Source: Shigella phage SFP21A. From it: 39,004 nucleotides of DNA. A model generated the notes under the pieces. That model did not search any database. It was not told the DNA's origin and saw only the letters and a program-made list of their open reading frames with translations. This document shows, in pieces, positions 28,370-38,900 of the stretch. Numbering within the stretch: position 1 is the first letter of the stretch; the number at the start of each line of letters is the position of its first letter. Position numbers and translations under genes: made by a program. The stretch lies in sequence record OQ031074. One strand, 5' to 3'.

Positions 28370-28817
28370 GGTTCAGTTCAAACCGCGTACAGTAACTGAC
28401 GCAATCTTCGTCCACTGTAGTGCGACCAAACCATCTCAGGACATCGGGGTAGACACTATCCGCATGTGGCACAAGCAGCAGGGCTGGCTGGACGTAGGCT
28501 ATCACTTCGTCATAAAGCGTGATGGCACTGTGGAAGAAGGCCGCCCGGTCGATGTAGTAGGGTCCCACGTTAAGGACTGGAACTCCCGGTCCGTAGGCGT
28601 CTGCCTTGTAGGTGGAATTGACGCCAAGGGCAAGTTTGAAGCCAACTTCACTCCTGCTCAGATGAGCGCTCTACGCAACAAGCTGGCTGAACTGAAGACG
28701 CTGTACCCTCAGGCAGACATCAAGGCTCACCACGATGTAGCACCAAAGGCTTGCCCAAGTTTTGACTTGCAGCGCTGGCTGAATACTAACGAACTGGTCA
28801 CTTCCGACCGAGGCTAA
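28359..28817 (+). CDS. 3.5: N-acetylmuramoyl-L-alanine amidase / T7 lysozyme (gp3.5)
   Basis: 152 aa; very close to T7 gp3.5 (VQFKPR, DAIFVHCSATKPSQ, QGWLDVGYHF, KRDGTVE, GSH, SVGVCLVGGID, KGKFEANFTPAQM, APKACPSFDL, NELVTSDRG). Confidence 0.93.
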   Translation: MVSKVQFKPRTVTDAIFVHCSATKPSQDIGVDTIRMWHKQQGWLDVGYHFVIKRDGTVEEGRPVDVVGSHVKDWNSRSVGVCLVGGIDAKGKFEANFTPAQMSALRNKLAELKTLYPQADIKAHHDVAPKACPSFDLQRWLNTNELVTSDRG

Positions 28818-28831
28818 CAAGGAGTATTAAC

Positions 28832-29044
28832 ATGATTAAGTTTATTGAATTTCTGGGTCGTCTGGTTGTGCGTGGCTATGCTCGTGCTGCGAGTGTGGAA
28901 CGAAAGGTCGCATCTGCTGCGGCTAAAGGTGCGGAAGCGGCTGCTGCGGAAGCGGATAGCCTGCGCATCAAGTCTCTGGACGCTGGCCTACGTGCCAAAG
29001 GTCTTGACAAGAAAGCCGAGCAACTGAAAGGCTTCTTCAGCTAA
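28832..29044 (+). CDS. hypothetical alanine-rich small protein
   Basis: 70-aa ORF with RBS AAGGAG; Ala/Lys-rich helical-looking sequence (KVASAAAKGAEAAAAEADSLRIKSLDAGLRAKGL). Confidence 0.5.
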   Translation: MIKFIEFLGRLVVRGYARAASVERKVASAAAKGAEAAAAEADSLRIKSLDAGLRAKGLDKKAEQLKGFFS

Positions 29045-29062
29045 ACTATCACCTTAGGGATG
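29040..29062 (+). promoter_or_regulatory. phage RNAP promoter variant (GCTAAACTATCACCTTAGGGATG), +1 about 29057
   Basis: Upstream half consensus; two changes in the -4/-3 region; precedes gene 4. Confidence 0.55.
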
Positions 29063-29109
29063 AGACCATGAGTCTTGTCCCTTTGTTCGCATTATTGACT
29101 AAGGAGTGA

Positions 29110-30816
<1,707 letters not shown>

Positions 30817-30867
30817 ATGTCAATGCCCTGAGTGCGACTGGAAGTCACCATATGGAGGACACCATTA

Positions 30868-31032
30868 GTGTTTAAGAAACTTAAAGCCCGATACCACACG
30901 TTCATGTACAAGTGGTGGAACGAGGAGGCCAACTGTCTGTCCCGAATCCTTGGAGACCAGCGGTTTGACTCTAAGGCGTGGAAGCGAGCGAACCAGAAGT
31001 TCATGTATCACTTCCTGCGTATCGACTACTAA
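30868..31032 (+). CDS. hypothetical protein (gene 4.x position)
   Basis: 54 aa from GTG 30868 (VFKKLKARYHTFMYKWWNEE..), with GGAGGA 8 nt upstream; ends just before the next promoter. Confidence 0.4.
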   Translation: MFKKLKARYHTFMYKWWNEEANCLSRILGDQRFDSKAWKRANQKFMYHFLRIDY

Positions 31033-31050
31033 GCTATCACTGTAGGATAG
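31028..31050 (+). promoter_or_regulatory. phage RNAP promoter variant (ACTAAGCTATCACTGTAGGATAG), +1 about 31045
   Basis: Consensus upstream half; -2 T>G; immediately followed by an RNase III-type hairpin and gene 5. Confidence 0.6.
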
Positions 31051-31090
31051 ACTCAAGGTCATTCACTTCGAGTGGCCTTTATGATTAGAC
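31047..31090 (+). ncRNA. RNase III-type processing hairpin (conserved motif copy 3)
   Basis: AGACTCAAGGTCATTCACT-TCG-AGTGGCCTTTATGATTAGAC; same conserved flanks as copies at 14699 and 24397. Confidence 0.55.
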
Positions 31091-31103
31091 TATAGGAGAC
31101 ATT

Positions 31104-33275
31104 ATGATTGACTTACAGAACATCTGGGGTTCGGACATCGAGACCAACGGTCTTCTTGATACCGTGTCCCAGTTCCACTGTGGGGTCCTGATTAACGCCG
31201 AGTCGAATGAGACCCTGAAGTATGGGGTAGCTCCGATGGTAGGTATCGTCGGTGGCTTCAAAGAGTATGTGCAGAAGGTCGAAGAGATTGCAGCCACACC
31301 GCATGGACTTCTGGTCTTCCACAACGGGATTAACTATGACGTCCCGGCTATTGACATTCTGAAGCGTAAGTATTTCGGTAAACGTTTTAACTTCCCGAAA
31401 CACAAGATGATTGACACGCTGGTCATGGGCCGCCTGATGTACCCGAACATTAAGTTCTCGGACATGGGTGCTGTGAAAGCTGGTCGTCTCCCACCTAAGA
31501 TGATGGGACGACAGTCTCTTGAAGCATGGGGCTACCGTCTCGGTGAGATGAAGGGTGAGTACAAGACCGATTACATTGCCAAGTGCAAGGCAGAAGGCAT
31601 CGAATATAAGGCTGGCGACGAGTGGTTGTTCCCGAGCCAAGAGATGCTTGACTATAACGTCCAAGACGTTGTGGTCACTCTGGCCCTGTTCAAGAAGTTC
31701 CTTACCGACAAGTTCTACTTCGGGTCTCCTGAGGCCGGACTTGAGGCTGTGTACGCACTGCGTCTCGAACATGATTCTGCGTGGACATGCGCTAAGATGG
31801 AGCGTAACGGCTACCCGATGAACTCGGAGATAGTCGAGGGCTTGTATCGTGAGCTATCAGTCAAACGTGCAGAGCTTTTAGATAAGCTGCGGTCGACGTT
31901 CGGTAGTTGGTATTCACCTAAGGGTGGCAAAGAGTTCTTCAAGCACCCACGAACCGGGGTAGACCTGCCGAAATACCCGCGAGTCATCTACCCGAAGGTA
32001 GGGGCAATCTTCAAGAAGCCGAAGAACAAAGCTCAGCGCTTAGGTCTGGAGCCTTGCGAACGAGACTCACGAGATACGATGGAAGGCGCACCGTTCACAC
32101 CGATTACCTTCGTTGAGTTCAATCCGGGCAGTGGCGACCACTTAGCTAAGGTTCTGATGGACCGGGGCTGGGAACCTACTGAGTTCACGGATACAGGTAA
32201 GCCTAAGTGTGATGACGAAACTCTGGAGCACGTTAAGCTGGCAGACCCAGAAGCTCAGGCTTGCGTAGAGCTGGTCCGTGAGTATCTGGTGGTCCAGAAG
32301 CGCATTGGTCAGGCGGCTGAAGGTAAGAACGCATGGCTTCGACTTGTGGGTCCTGACGGAAGGATGCACGGGTCGATTAACCCATGTGGTGCTGTAACCG
32401 GACGTGCGACTCACAGTTCACCTAACATGGCTCAGGTCCCGGCTAACGGTGCTCCTTGGGGTGAAATCTGCCGAAGTGCTTTCGGTGCTCAGTGGAACAA
32501 GAACAATGGCAAGCCAGACCCGTGGATTCAAGTTGGGGTCGATGCCTCAGGCCTTGAACTCCGTTGTCTGGGGAACCGTGCGTCCCCGTTCGATGGTGGT
32601 GAATATGCGAAGACTGTGGTCGAGGGAGACATCCACTGGGCTAATGCGGTCAACGCCGGGTTAGCACCTAACGTCCCACGCGATAAGTCCAGCCACGACC
32701 ACGATGCGTTCCGTAACAACGCCAAGACGTTCATCTATGCGTTCCTGTATGGTGCAGGGGCCGCGAAGATTGGACTGATAGTTGGCGGTGGTAAGAAGGA
32801 AGGTTCCGCCCTGATGAAGAAATTCATTGAGGGTACACCAGCTATCAAGGACCTGCGAGAGGCGGTGCAAAACACGCTCATCTCCGAGTCCAAGTGGGTA
32901 GATGGTGAGAACATCGTGAAGTGGAAACGCCGCTGGCTTAAAGGTCTGGACGGTAGACGTATCCACATCCGGTCTCCACACTCAGCACTTAACGCCTTAC
33001 TTCAGGGCGATGGTGCGGTAGTATGTAAGCACTGGATTGTCGAGACTGAACGTATGCTCGAAGAGGCCGGGTATGTCCACGGCTGGGAAGGAGACTTTGC
33101 GTACATGGCATGGGTCCACGACGAATTGCAGATTGCGTGTCGTACTCAGGAGATTGCCGAAGAAGTCGTCAAGATTGCTCAACTTGCTATGCGTAAGGTG
33201 GGTGAGTTCTATAACTTTAAATGCGTCCTTGATACCGAAGGTAAGATTGGACCAACGTGGAAGGAGTGTCACTAA
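31104..33275 (+). CDS. 5: DNA polymerase (gp5), family A with 3'-5' exonuclease
   Basis: 723 aa; blocks DIETNGLL, KFHCGV, LVFHNGINYDVPA, EAWGYRLGEMKGEYK, DYNVQDVVVT, FGSWY, VEFNPGS, GAVTGRATHSSPN, DASGLELRCL, NAKTFIYAFLYGAG, KRRWLKGLDGR, YMAWVHDE as in T7 gp5. Confidence 0.97.
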   Translation: MIDLQNIWGSDIETNGLLDTVSQFHCGVLINAESNETLKYGVAPMVGIVGGFKEYVQKVEEIAATPHGLLVFHNGINYDVPAIDILKRKYFGKRFNFPKHKMIDTLVMGRLMYPNIKFSDMGAVKAGRLPPKMMGRQSLEAWGYRLGEMKGEYKTDYIAKCKAEGIEYKAGDEWLFPSQEMLDYNVQDVVVTLALFKKFLTDKFYFGSPEAGLEAVYALRLEHDSAWTCAKMERNGYPMNSEIVEGLYRELSVKRAELLDKLRSTFGSWYSPKGGKEFFKHPRTGVDLPKYPRVIYPKVGAIFKKPKNKAQRLGLEPCERDSRDTMEGAPFTPITFVEFNPGSGDHLAKVLMDRGWEPTEFTDTGKPKCDDETLEHVKLADPEAQACVELVREYLVVQKRIGQAAEGKNAWLRLVGPDGRMHGSINPCGAVTGRATHSSPNMAQVPANGAPWGEICRSAFGAQWNKNNGKPDPWIQVGVDASGLELRCLGNRASPFDGGEYAKTVVEGDIHWANAVNAGLAPNVPRDKSSHDHDAFRNNAKTFIYAFLYGAGAAKIGLIVGGGKKEGSALMKKFIEGTPAIKDLREAVQNTLISESKWVDGENIVKWKRRWLKGLDGRRIHIRSPHSALNALLQGDGAVVCKHWIVETERMLEEAGYVHGWEGDFAYMAWVHDELQIACRTQEIAEEVVKIAQLAMRKVGEFYNFKCVLDTEGKIGPTWKECH

Positions 33276-33559
33276 TGGCTATTACTAAACGCCTGACCTG
33301 TAAGTTTGACCTGAAGATTGTCTTTACGTCTGAGGACGTAGAGTCCTACTCTCGTGAGCTGGTGGAGATGACCAAGGGTTATGTCTCCGGTAAGAAGCAG
33401 GATGGCCTTACCCGCAAGCTGGTTGAGACTGCCGTAGAGCATGGGGTAGAGTCTGCCATTGAGCTGCACCTGAAGTCTGTGCTGGCGTCCAAGCTGAAAG
33501 ATGAGCTGCCGGAAGACGGGGCGACCCTCTCGAATATCAGCGTGGGGTTCAAGCAATGA
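33275..33559 (+). CDS. hypothetical protein (gene 5.5 position)
   Basis: 94 aa from ATG 33275 overlapping the DNAP stop (TAATG); starts MAITKRL..; T7 gp5.5 occupies this slot, homology not verified. Confidence 0.45.
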   Translation: MAITKRLTCKFDLKIVFTSEDVESYSRELVEMTKGYVSGKKQDGLTRKLVETAVEHGVESAIELHLKSVLASKLKDELPEDGATLSNISVGFKQ

Positions 33560-33765
33560 GTGAATACTTACGGGTCCTAGCGGCCCTTAAGTCCTGCCCG
33601 AAGACCTTCCAGTCCAACTATGTGCGCAACAACGCTGCACTTGTGGCTGAGGCTGCGAGTCGTGGACATCTAAGCTGCCTGTCTATGGATGGGCGTAACA
33701 ACGGTGCGTGGGAGATTACCGCTGCTGGCACCAAGTTCCTGAACCAACACGGAGGCTGTCTATGA
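33556..33765 (+). CDS. 5.7: gp5.7 homolog
   Basis: 69 aa; near-identical to T7 gp5.7 as recalled (LKSCPKTFQSNYVRNNAALVAEAASRGH, GAWEITAAGTKFL). Confidence 0.7.
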   Translation: MSEYLRVLAALKSCPKTFQSNYVRNNAALVAEAASRGHLSCLSMDGRNNGAWEITAAGTKFLNQHGGCL

Positions 33766-34094
33766 GCTTACTAGAAACTTTACAATCCCTGCTGCGTGAG
33801 AACCCTTGGTCAGACGAGCTGCCAGACGAGTGGGAAATCCTTGAGGATGGAGACTGGTGTGACAACCATAAGTCCGAGGCCAAAGAGGACATCGTTAAGC
33901 ACCTGCCTTCCGGTAAAATCTTCCGCGTGTCTCTGGGTCGAACTGGGGACTACTGGCAGGGCTACGAGACTGAGTTCTATGATGCTGAAGAGGTTGAACC
34001 TTATGAAGCGGTCGTGGTTCTATACCGTCCTGTGAAACTTCTGGATGTCACTGTCCCGGCAATGAGTAAAGCCAAGGCGGTGAGCAATGAGTGA
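33762..34094 (+). CDS. hypothetical acidic protein (gene 5.9 position)
   Basis: 110 aa from ATG 33762 (ATGA overlap with 5.7); strongly acidic (DELPDEWEILEDGDW.., YDAEEVEPYE); no similarity to T7 gp5.9 as recalled. Confidence 0.55.
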   Translation: MSLLETLQSLLRENPWSDELPDEWEILEDGDWCDNHKSEAKEDIVKHLPSGKIFRVSLGRTGDYWQGYETEFYDAEEVEPYEAVVVLYRPVKLLDVTVPAMSKAKAVSNE

Positions 34095-34953
34095 GAAGAA
34101 GATAGCTCTGGTTCTGGATGGTGACTATCTGGTCTTCTCTTCTATGGCTGCTGCCGAGGACGAGACAGACTGGGGCGATGACATCTGGACACTTATCTGC
34201 GACCATGAGAAGGCTCGTCGTATCCTTGAGAACACCATCGCTGAAATCGTTAAGAAGCGCAAGGCGTGGAAAGACGCTAAGATTGTGATGTGCTTCACCG
34301 ATGACGATAACTGGCGTAAGGGTGTTCTGCCTACCTATAAAGCCAACCGTAAAGGTTCTCGCAAGCCTGTCGGTTACAAGAAGTTCGTAGCCGAAGTGAT
34401 GGCTGACCCACGGTTCAACAGCTTCCTGCGCCCTACGCTTGAGGGTGATGACTGTATGGGTATCATCGGGACCCGACCTCAAATTGTCGGATGTGACCAT
34501 GCGGTGCTGGTGTCCTGTGATAAGGACTTCAAGACCATCCCGAACTGTGAGTTCTTCTGGTTAACCACTGGTGAAATCCTGAGCCATACGACTGCCGAGG
34601 CAGACTACTGGCACATGGAGCAGACCATTAAGGGCGACACTACAGATGGCTACGGCGGGATTCCGGGGATGGGTGAGGACACCACTCGTGCGTTCCTTGA
34701 TGAGCCGTACTACTTCGTGCAGGAGAGCCGCGAGCTTAAGACTGGCAAGAACAAAGGCCAGATTAAGACTGAGTGGAAGAAGTATCCGAAGCGCGAAGAC
34801 CAGACGTTATGGGACTGCATGGTGACTCTGGCTGCTAAAGCTGGGATGACCGAACAGGAGCTACTGGTACAAGCTCAGGTCGCTCGCATCTGTCGGGCAT
34901 CTGACTACGACCCTAAGTCCAAGGAGGTCATTCTGTGGACACCCTCCATGTAG
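34087..34953 (+). CDS. 6: 5'-3' exonuclease (gp6)
   Basis: 288 aa; blocks VLDGDYLVF, CDHEKARRILE, TYKANRKG, KPVGY, LEGDDCMGIIG, SCDKDFKTIPNC, QTIKGDTTDGY, GKNKGQ, TLWDC, AKAGMTE as in T7 gp6. Confidence 0.93.
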   Translation: MSEKKIALVLDGDYLVFSSMAAAEDETDWGDDIWTLICDHEKARRILENTIAEIVKKRKAWKDAKIVMCFTDDDNWRKGVLPTYKANRKGSRKPVGYKKFVAEVMADPRFNSFLRPTLEGDDCMGIIGTRPQIVGCDHAVLVSCDKDFKTIPNCEFFWLTTGEILSHTTAEADYWHMEQTIKGDTTDGYGGIPGMGEDTTRAFLDEPYYFVQESRELKTGKNKGQIKTEWKKYPKREDQTLWDCMVTLAAKAGMTEQELLVQAQVARICRASDYDPKSKEVILWTPSM

Positions 34954-35075
34954 TGTATTGGGCCGGACTGCTGGCCCTTTACTTACTGTACACGTTCAGT
35001 GGGACAAATCGTCCTAAGCATTGAGTTTAACCGATAGTCATAACCTATCGACCTACAGCTACCCATAGGTGAAAC

Positions 35076-35098
35076 ACTAAACTATCACTATAGGGACT
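35076..35098 (+). promoter_or_regulatory. phage RNAP promoter (ACTAAACTATCACTATAGGGACT), +1 about 35093
   Basis: Full consensus; precedes the 6.5/6.7/7/7.3/portal block. Confidence 0.8.
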
Positions 35099-35160
35099 TT
35101 AGGACCTAAGTTATGACTATAAGATAAACTTAAGTTAATACTTTAAGAGGAGACTTTAAG

Positions 35161-35433
35161 ATGGGCCTGAAAGCCATTGATGATATTGTTAATCAGCAAC
35201 TCGACGAGAGACTTAAGGTCCCTGCATTCTCCGAGTCCGCTATCCAATTCCTTCACGTTCTGTTCAACGAGCGGTATGTATCCCGTTGTGGGACAATCCG
35301 TGACCTGAAGGCTGCTGGCTACAGTGATGCCTATATTGCTGGGTTCATCGCTGGTCTGGGCTATGCCTCGGAGTCTGTGGACTCTGCGCTGGCTAAGCGT
35401 CAGAACCTGAAGGACAACATTCAGTTCGACTAA
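35161..35433 (+). CDS. hypothetical protein (gene 6.5 position)
   Basis: 90-aa ORF, RBS AGAGGAGA; first gene after the promoter. Confidence 0.5.
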   Translation: MGLKAIDDIVNQQLDERLKVPAFSESAIQFLHVLFNERYVSRCGTIRDLKAAGYSDAYIAGFIAGLGYASESVDSALAKRQNLKDNIQFD

Positions 35434-35442
35434 GGAGGGACT

Positions 35443-35667
35443 ATGTGTTTCAGCCCGAAGATTAGCACTCCGAAGCCATCGACCGCTGCACCTGAGCCTG
35501 CACCTCTGAGCGAGGAAGTAGCCAGTGTCGACATCGGGGCAGAGGCTGACGCAGACACCAAAGAGACCAAAGGTATTTCAGACCTGAAAGTCAAGAAGGA
35601 GTCTGCACCGAAAGATAAATCGTCCGTGAGCCGTGCTATGCGAGCTTCCGGCGTTAACATGGGGTAA
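35443..35667 (+). CDS. 6.7: gp6.7-like virion protein
   Basis: 74 aa starting MCFSPKISTPK.. (T7 gp6.7 starts MCFSPKIKTPK as recalled); RBS AAGGAGGG. Confidence 0.65.
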   Translation: MCFSPKISTPKPSTAAPEPAPLSEEVASVDIGAEADADTKETKGISDLKVKKESAPKDKSSVSRAMRASGVNMG

Positions 35668-35671
35668 GACT

Positions 35672-36073
35672 ATGCTCCACTACCGAAACTCAAGCGATGG
35701 TCGCCTCATGGCTGCATATCGCCTCTGGGAAGACGGACAGTCTGACTTCGCCTCCTTCTCCGAGTTCAAGCAGCATACCTTCCGTATGGCTGATGAGCTT
35801 GAGGGCGAGGAGTACACAATCTACGATGATGAGTGTAAGCCTGTGGCCTACCTCTACATGCTGGCTTCAGCGTCTTGGCACCGAAAGACTCCCGGTCTTG
35901 ACCTTTCCATTCTCGCTATCCGTAGTGACTCGCAGTCCTCCCGCAAGGTTCTTGAGACTGTCAGACACATTATTGACGGAGAGTGCAGACGATGGGGTCT
36001 TAACTGGTGGTCCCGTGTCAAGCACAATGGGCCAGTAGACATCGTTACAACCAAGGAGATTAACCGTGGGTAA
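35672..36073 (+). CDS. gp7-like protein (gene 7 position)
   Basis: 133 aa from ATG 35672; same length and position as T7 gp7; sequence homology not verified. Confidence 0.5.
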   Translation: MLHYRNSSDGRLMAAYRLWEDGQSDFASFSEFKQHTFRMADELEGEEYTIYDDECKPVAYLYMLASASWHRKTPGLDLSILAIRSDSQSSRKVLETVRHIIDGECRRWGLNWWSRVKHNGPVDIVTTKEINRG

Positions 36074-36317
36074 ATCCATTAGTAAAGCCTTTAAGAAAGT
36101 TGTCGGCGGCGCGCTGAACACAGTTGGTCTGGGACCCTCTGCTCCTCAGCCTAAAGCTCAGGACGTTCAGGTAGCTGCTGCTCCGGTAGAAGTGCCTCAG
36201 GACCAAGTGACTGACGTTGAGACCGATGTGACCGAGACCGATAAGAAGAAGGTCAAGTCAACTGGTAAGCGTGGACTTCAGGTCTCTCGCACATCCGGTG
36301 GCGGTATCTCAATTTAA
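36066..36317 (+). CDS. 7.3: gp7.3-like tail/virion protein
   Basis: 83 aa, GTG start after AAGGAG; MGK.. N-terminus and C-terminal ..RTSGGGISI mirror T7 gp7.3 (..RSSGGGINI as recalled). Confidence 0.65.
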   Translation: MGKSISKAFKKVVGGALNTVGLGPSAPQPKAQDVQVAAAPVEVPQDQVTDVETDVTETDKKKVKSTGKRGLQVSRTSGGGISI

Positions 36318-36331
36318 GCAGGAGGTGACAA

Positions 36332-37900
36332 ATGGCTGAACGTGAAGGCTTCGCTGCTGAAGGGGCCAAAGCGGTCTATGACCGACTGAAGAACGGACGA
36401 CAGCCGTATGAGACCCGTGCTCAGAACTGTGCTGCTGTCACCATACCGTCGCTGTTTCCGAAAGAGTCTGACAACTCCTCAACCGAGTATACGACTCCGT
36501 GGCAGGCGGTGGGCGCTCGCTGTCTGAACAACCTCGCTGCCAAGCTGATGCTGGCCCTGTTCCCACAAGCCCCGTGGATGAGACTTACCGTCTCTGAATA
36601 TGAGGCAAAGGCCCTGAGTCAAGACTCTGAGGCTGCTGCCCGTGTTGACGAGGGGCTGGCTATGGTGGAACGTGTTCTGATGGCCTATATGGAGACTAAC
36701 AGTTTCCGTGTCCCGCTGTTCGAGGCCCTTAAGCAGCTTATCGTCGCAGGCAACTGTCTGCTGTACGTTCCTGAACCTGAGCAAGGGACCTACAGTCCTA
36801 TGCGCATGTATCGTCTGGTCTCCTATGTAGTCCAGCGTGATGCGTTCGGCAACGTTCTACAGATTGTCACCCTAGACAAGGTGGCTTACAGCGCACTGCC
36901 GGAAGACGTTAAGTCTCAGCTAAACGCTGACGACTACGAGCCGGACACAGAGCTGGAAGTCTACACGCACATCTATCGTCAAGACGATGAGTACCTGCGC
37001 TATGAGGAAGTGGAGGGAATAGAGGTGAAGGGGACCGATGGTTCCTACCCGCTGAATGCCTGTCCTTACATCCCGGTACGAATGGTTCGACTGGATGGTG
37101 AAGACTATGGTCGTTCTTACTGCGAGGAATATCTGGGAGACCTGAACTCGCTGGAGACGATTACAGAAGCTATCACCAAAATGGCTAAGGTAGCCTCCAA
37201 AGTGGTGGGCCTCGTTAATCCGAACGGTATAACGCAACCTCGACGTCTAAACAAGGCGGCTACAGGTGAGTTCGTGGCTGGTCGCGTAGAGGACATCAAC
37301 TTCCTTCAACTGACGAAAGGTCAGGACTTTACGATTGCTAAATCGGTGGCTGACGCTATCGAGCAACGTCTAGGCTGGGCCTTCCTTCTTAATAGTGCTG
37401 TTCAGCGTAATGCTGAGCGAGTAACTGCTGAAGAGATTCGTTATGTTGCTGGCGAACTGGAGGCGACCTTAGGTGGCGTGTACTCTGTACAGTCTCAGGA
37501 GATGCAGTTACCTCTGGTCCGTGTGTTGCTGAACCAGCTTCAGTCCGCTGGCATGATTCCTGACCTTCCGAAAGAAGCGGTAGAGCCTACGGTCTCCACT
37601 GGTCTGGAAGCTCTGGGTCGTGGTCAGGACTTGGAGAAGCTGACTCAGGCGGTGAACATGATGACTGGACTTCAGCCTCTGGCTCAGGACCCGGACATTA
37701 ACTTGCCTACCCTTAAGCTGAGACTTCTCAACGCTCTGGGTATCGACACATCCGGTCTACTCCTGACGCAGGACGAGAAGATTCAGCGCATGGCTGAGCA
37801 GTCGTCCCAAAATGCAGTAGTCCAAGGTGCTGGTGTTGCTGGTGCTAACATGGGCGCTGCTGTTGGTCAAGGGGCTGGTGAGGATATGGCTCAGGCTTAA
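36332..37900 (+). CDS. 8: portal (head-to-tail connector) protein (gp8)
   Basis: 522 aa; long identity runs with T7 gp8 (YETRAQNCA, TIPSLFPK, TPWQAVGAR, LNNLA.KLMLALFP, SEYEAK, VDEGL.MVER, LFEALKQL, YRL.SYVVQRDAFGNVLQ, PYIP.RMVRLDGE.YGRSY.EEYLGDL, GLVNP.GITQPRRL, ERVTAEEIRYVA, LPLVRVLL, PKEAVEPT.STGLEA.GRGQDL). Confidence 0.97.
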   Translation: MAEREGFAAEGAKAVYDRLKNGRQPYETRAQNCAAVTIPSLFPKESDNSSTEYTTPWQAVGARCLNNLAAKLMLALFPQAPWMRLTVSEYEAKALSQDSEAAARVDEGLAMVERVLMAYMETNSFRVPLFEALKQLIVAGNCLLYVPEPEQGTYSPMRMYRLVSYVVQRDAFGNVLQIVTLDKVAYSALPEDVKSQLNADDYEPDTELEVYTHIYRQDDEYLRYEEVEGIEVKGTDGSYPLNACPYIPVRMVRLDGEDYGRSYCEEYLGDLNSLETITEAITKMAKVASKVVGLVNPNGITQPRRLNKAATGEFVAGRVEDINFLQLTKGQDFTIAKSVADAIEQRLGWAFLLNSAVQRNAERVTAEEIRYVAGELEATLGGVYSVQSQEMQLPLVRVLLNQLQSAGMIPDLPKEAVEPTVSTGLEALGRGQDLEKLTQAVNMMTGLQPLAQDPDINLPTLKLRLLNALGIDTSGLLLTQDEKIQRMAEQSSQNAVVQGAGVAGANMGAAVGQGAGEDMAQA

Positions 37901-37917
37901 CTATCACTATAGGAACA
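37895..37917 (+). promoter_or_regulatory. phage RNAP promoter (GCTTAACTATCACTATAGGAACA), +1 about 37912
   Basis: Consensus match; followed by a 9-bp perfect stem GGAACAACG / CGTTGTTCC (37912-37961) at the transcript 5' end. Confidence 0.75.
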
Positions 37918-37988
37918 ACGTCTGGTCTACAATTTGTAGGTTTCTAGTCCCGTTGTTCCTACCATTTCAATCAAAGGAGAACGACTCA

Positions 37989-38873
37989 ATGTCCCAATCA
38001 GTTTATGCCGAGTTCGGCGTTAGCCCTAATGCAATCACTGGCTCCGTTGAGGACCTGAACGAACACCAGCGGTCTATGCTCGAACAGGACGTAGCAGTTC
38101 GCGATGGCGATGATGCTATTACCTTCAAGCAACTGGAAGACGAGAACGACTCGACTACCGAAGAAGACGAAAACGTCGACGAGACTGAAGGTGATGATGA
38201 TACCGAAGGCAACGACGATGAGTCTGATACCGAAGGTGATGACCAAGAGTTTGTCGAACTGGGTGAAACTCCTAAAGAGCTGACCGAAAGTGTCACCGCT
38301 CTGAACGAGAACGAAGCTGCCTTCGACGACATGGTTTCTGCTGCTGTAGAGGCTGGCAAGGTCACTGCTGATGACATCACCGCTATTAAGGCCGAATACG
38401 CCTCTAAAGGTGAGCTGTCCGAGGCATCCTATGCTAAGCTGGCTGAAGCTGGTTACACAAAGCGTTTCGTCGATTCATTCGTCCGTGGTCAGGAAGCTCT
38501 GGCTGAGCAGTATGCTGCTGGTGTGGTTCGCTACGCTGGTGGGGCTGAGCAGTTTAACCGCATCCTGTCTCACCTTGAGGCTAACGATAAGTCAACCAAG
38601 GAAGCCCTTGAGTCTGCAATCATCCGTAAGGACCTTGCGACCGCTAAGGCCATCCTGAATCTGGCTGGTCGTAACCTCGGTAAGACCCGTGGAGTTGCCC
38701 CTCAGCGAACCTTGACTACTCAAGGTAAGCCAGCGGTATCCGCACCGAAGGTCCAGACCGAAGGTTTCAGCTCCAAGGCCGATATGGTCAAGGCGATGAG
38801 TGACCCACGCTACCTGCGTGACGCGAAGTACACAATGGAGGTACGCGCTAAGGTTGCAGCGTCTAGTCTGTAA
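37989..38873 (+). CDS. 9: capsid assembly (scaffold) protein (gp9)
   Basis: 294 aa from ATG 37989 (RBS AAAGGAGA); blocks VYAEFGV, EHQRSMLEQDVAVRDGDDAI, FVELGETPKEL, LSEASYAKLAEAGYTK.FVDSFVRGQEALAEQY, RKDLATAKAILNLAG, KAMSDPRY as in T7 gp9; acidic central region. Confidence 0.93.
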   Translation: MSQSVYAEFGVSPNAITGSVEDLNEHQRSMLEQDVAVRDGDDAITFKQLEDENDSTTEEDENVDETEGDDDTEGNDDESDTEGDDQEFVELGETPKELTESVTALNENEAAFDDMVSAAVEAGKVTADDITAIKAEYASKGELSEASYAKLAEAGYTKRFVDSFVRGQEALAEQYAAGVVRYAGGAEQFNRILSHLEANDKSTKEALESAIIRKDLATAKAILNLAGRNLGKTRGVAPQRTLTTQGKPAVSAPKVQTEGFSSKADMVKAMSDPRYLRDAKYTMEVRAKVAASSL

Positions 38874-38877
38874 GAGG

Positions 38878-38900
38878 ACTAAACTATCACTATAGGGAGA
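38878..38900 (+). promoter_or_regulatory. phage RNAP promoter for capsid gene (phi-10-like), +1 about 38895
   Basis: ACTAAACTATCACTATAGGGAGA with the full GGGAGACC initiating region; ~100-nt leader and RBS AGGAGA run to the window end, and the capsid ATG is at position 1. Confidence 0.85.

Noticed and set aside
38150-38250. Acidic low-complexity stretch (DDDTEGNDDESDTEGDD) in the scaffold gene, and Gly/Asp-rich tail of the SSB (27540-27690)
   Set aside because: Both are known functional features of the homologous T7 proteins (acidic scaffold region; acidic C-terminal tail of gp2.5), not repeat expansions or assembly artefacts.
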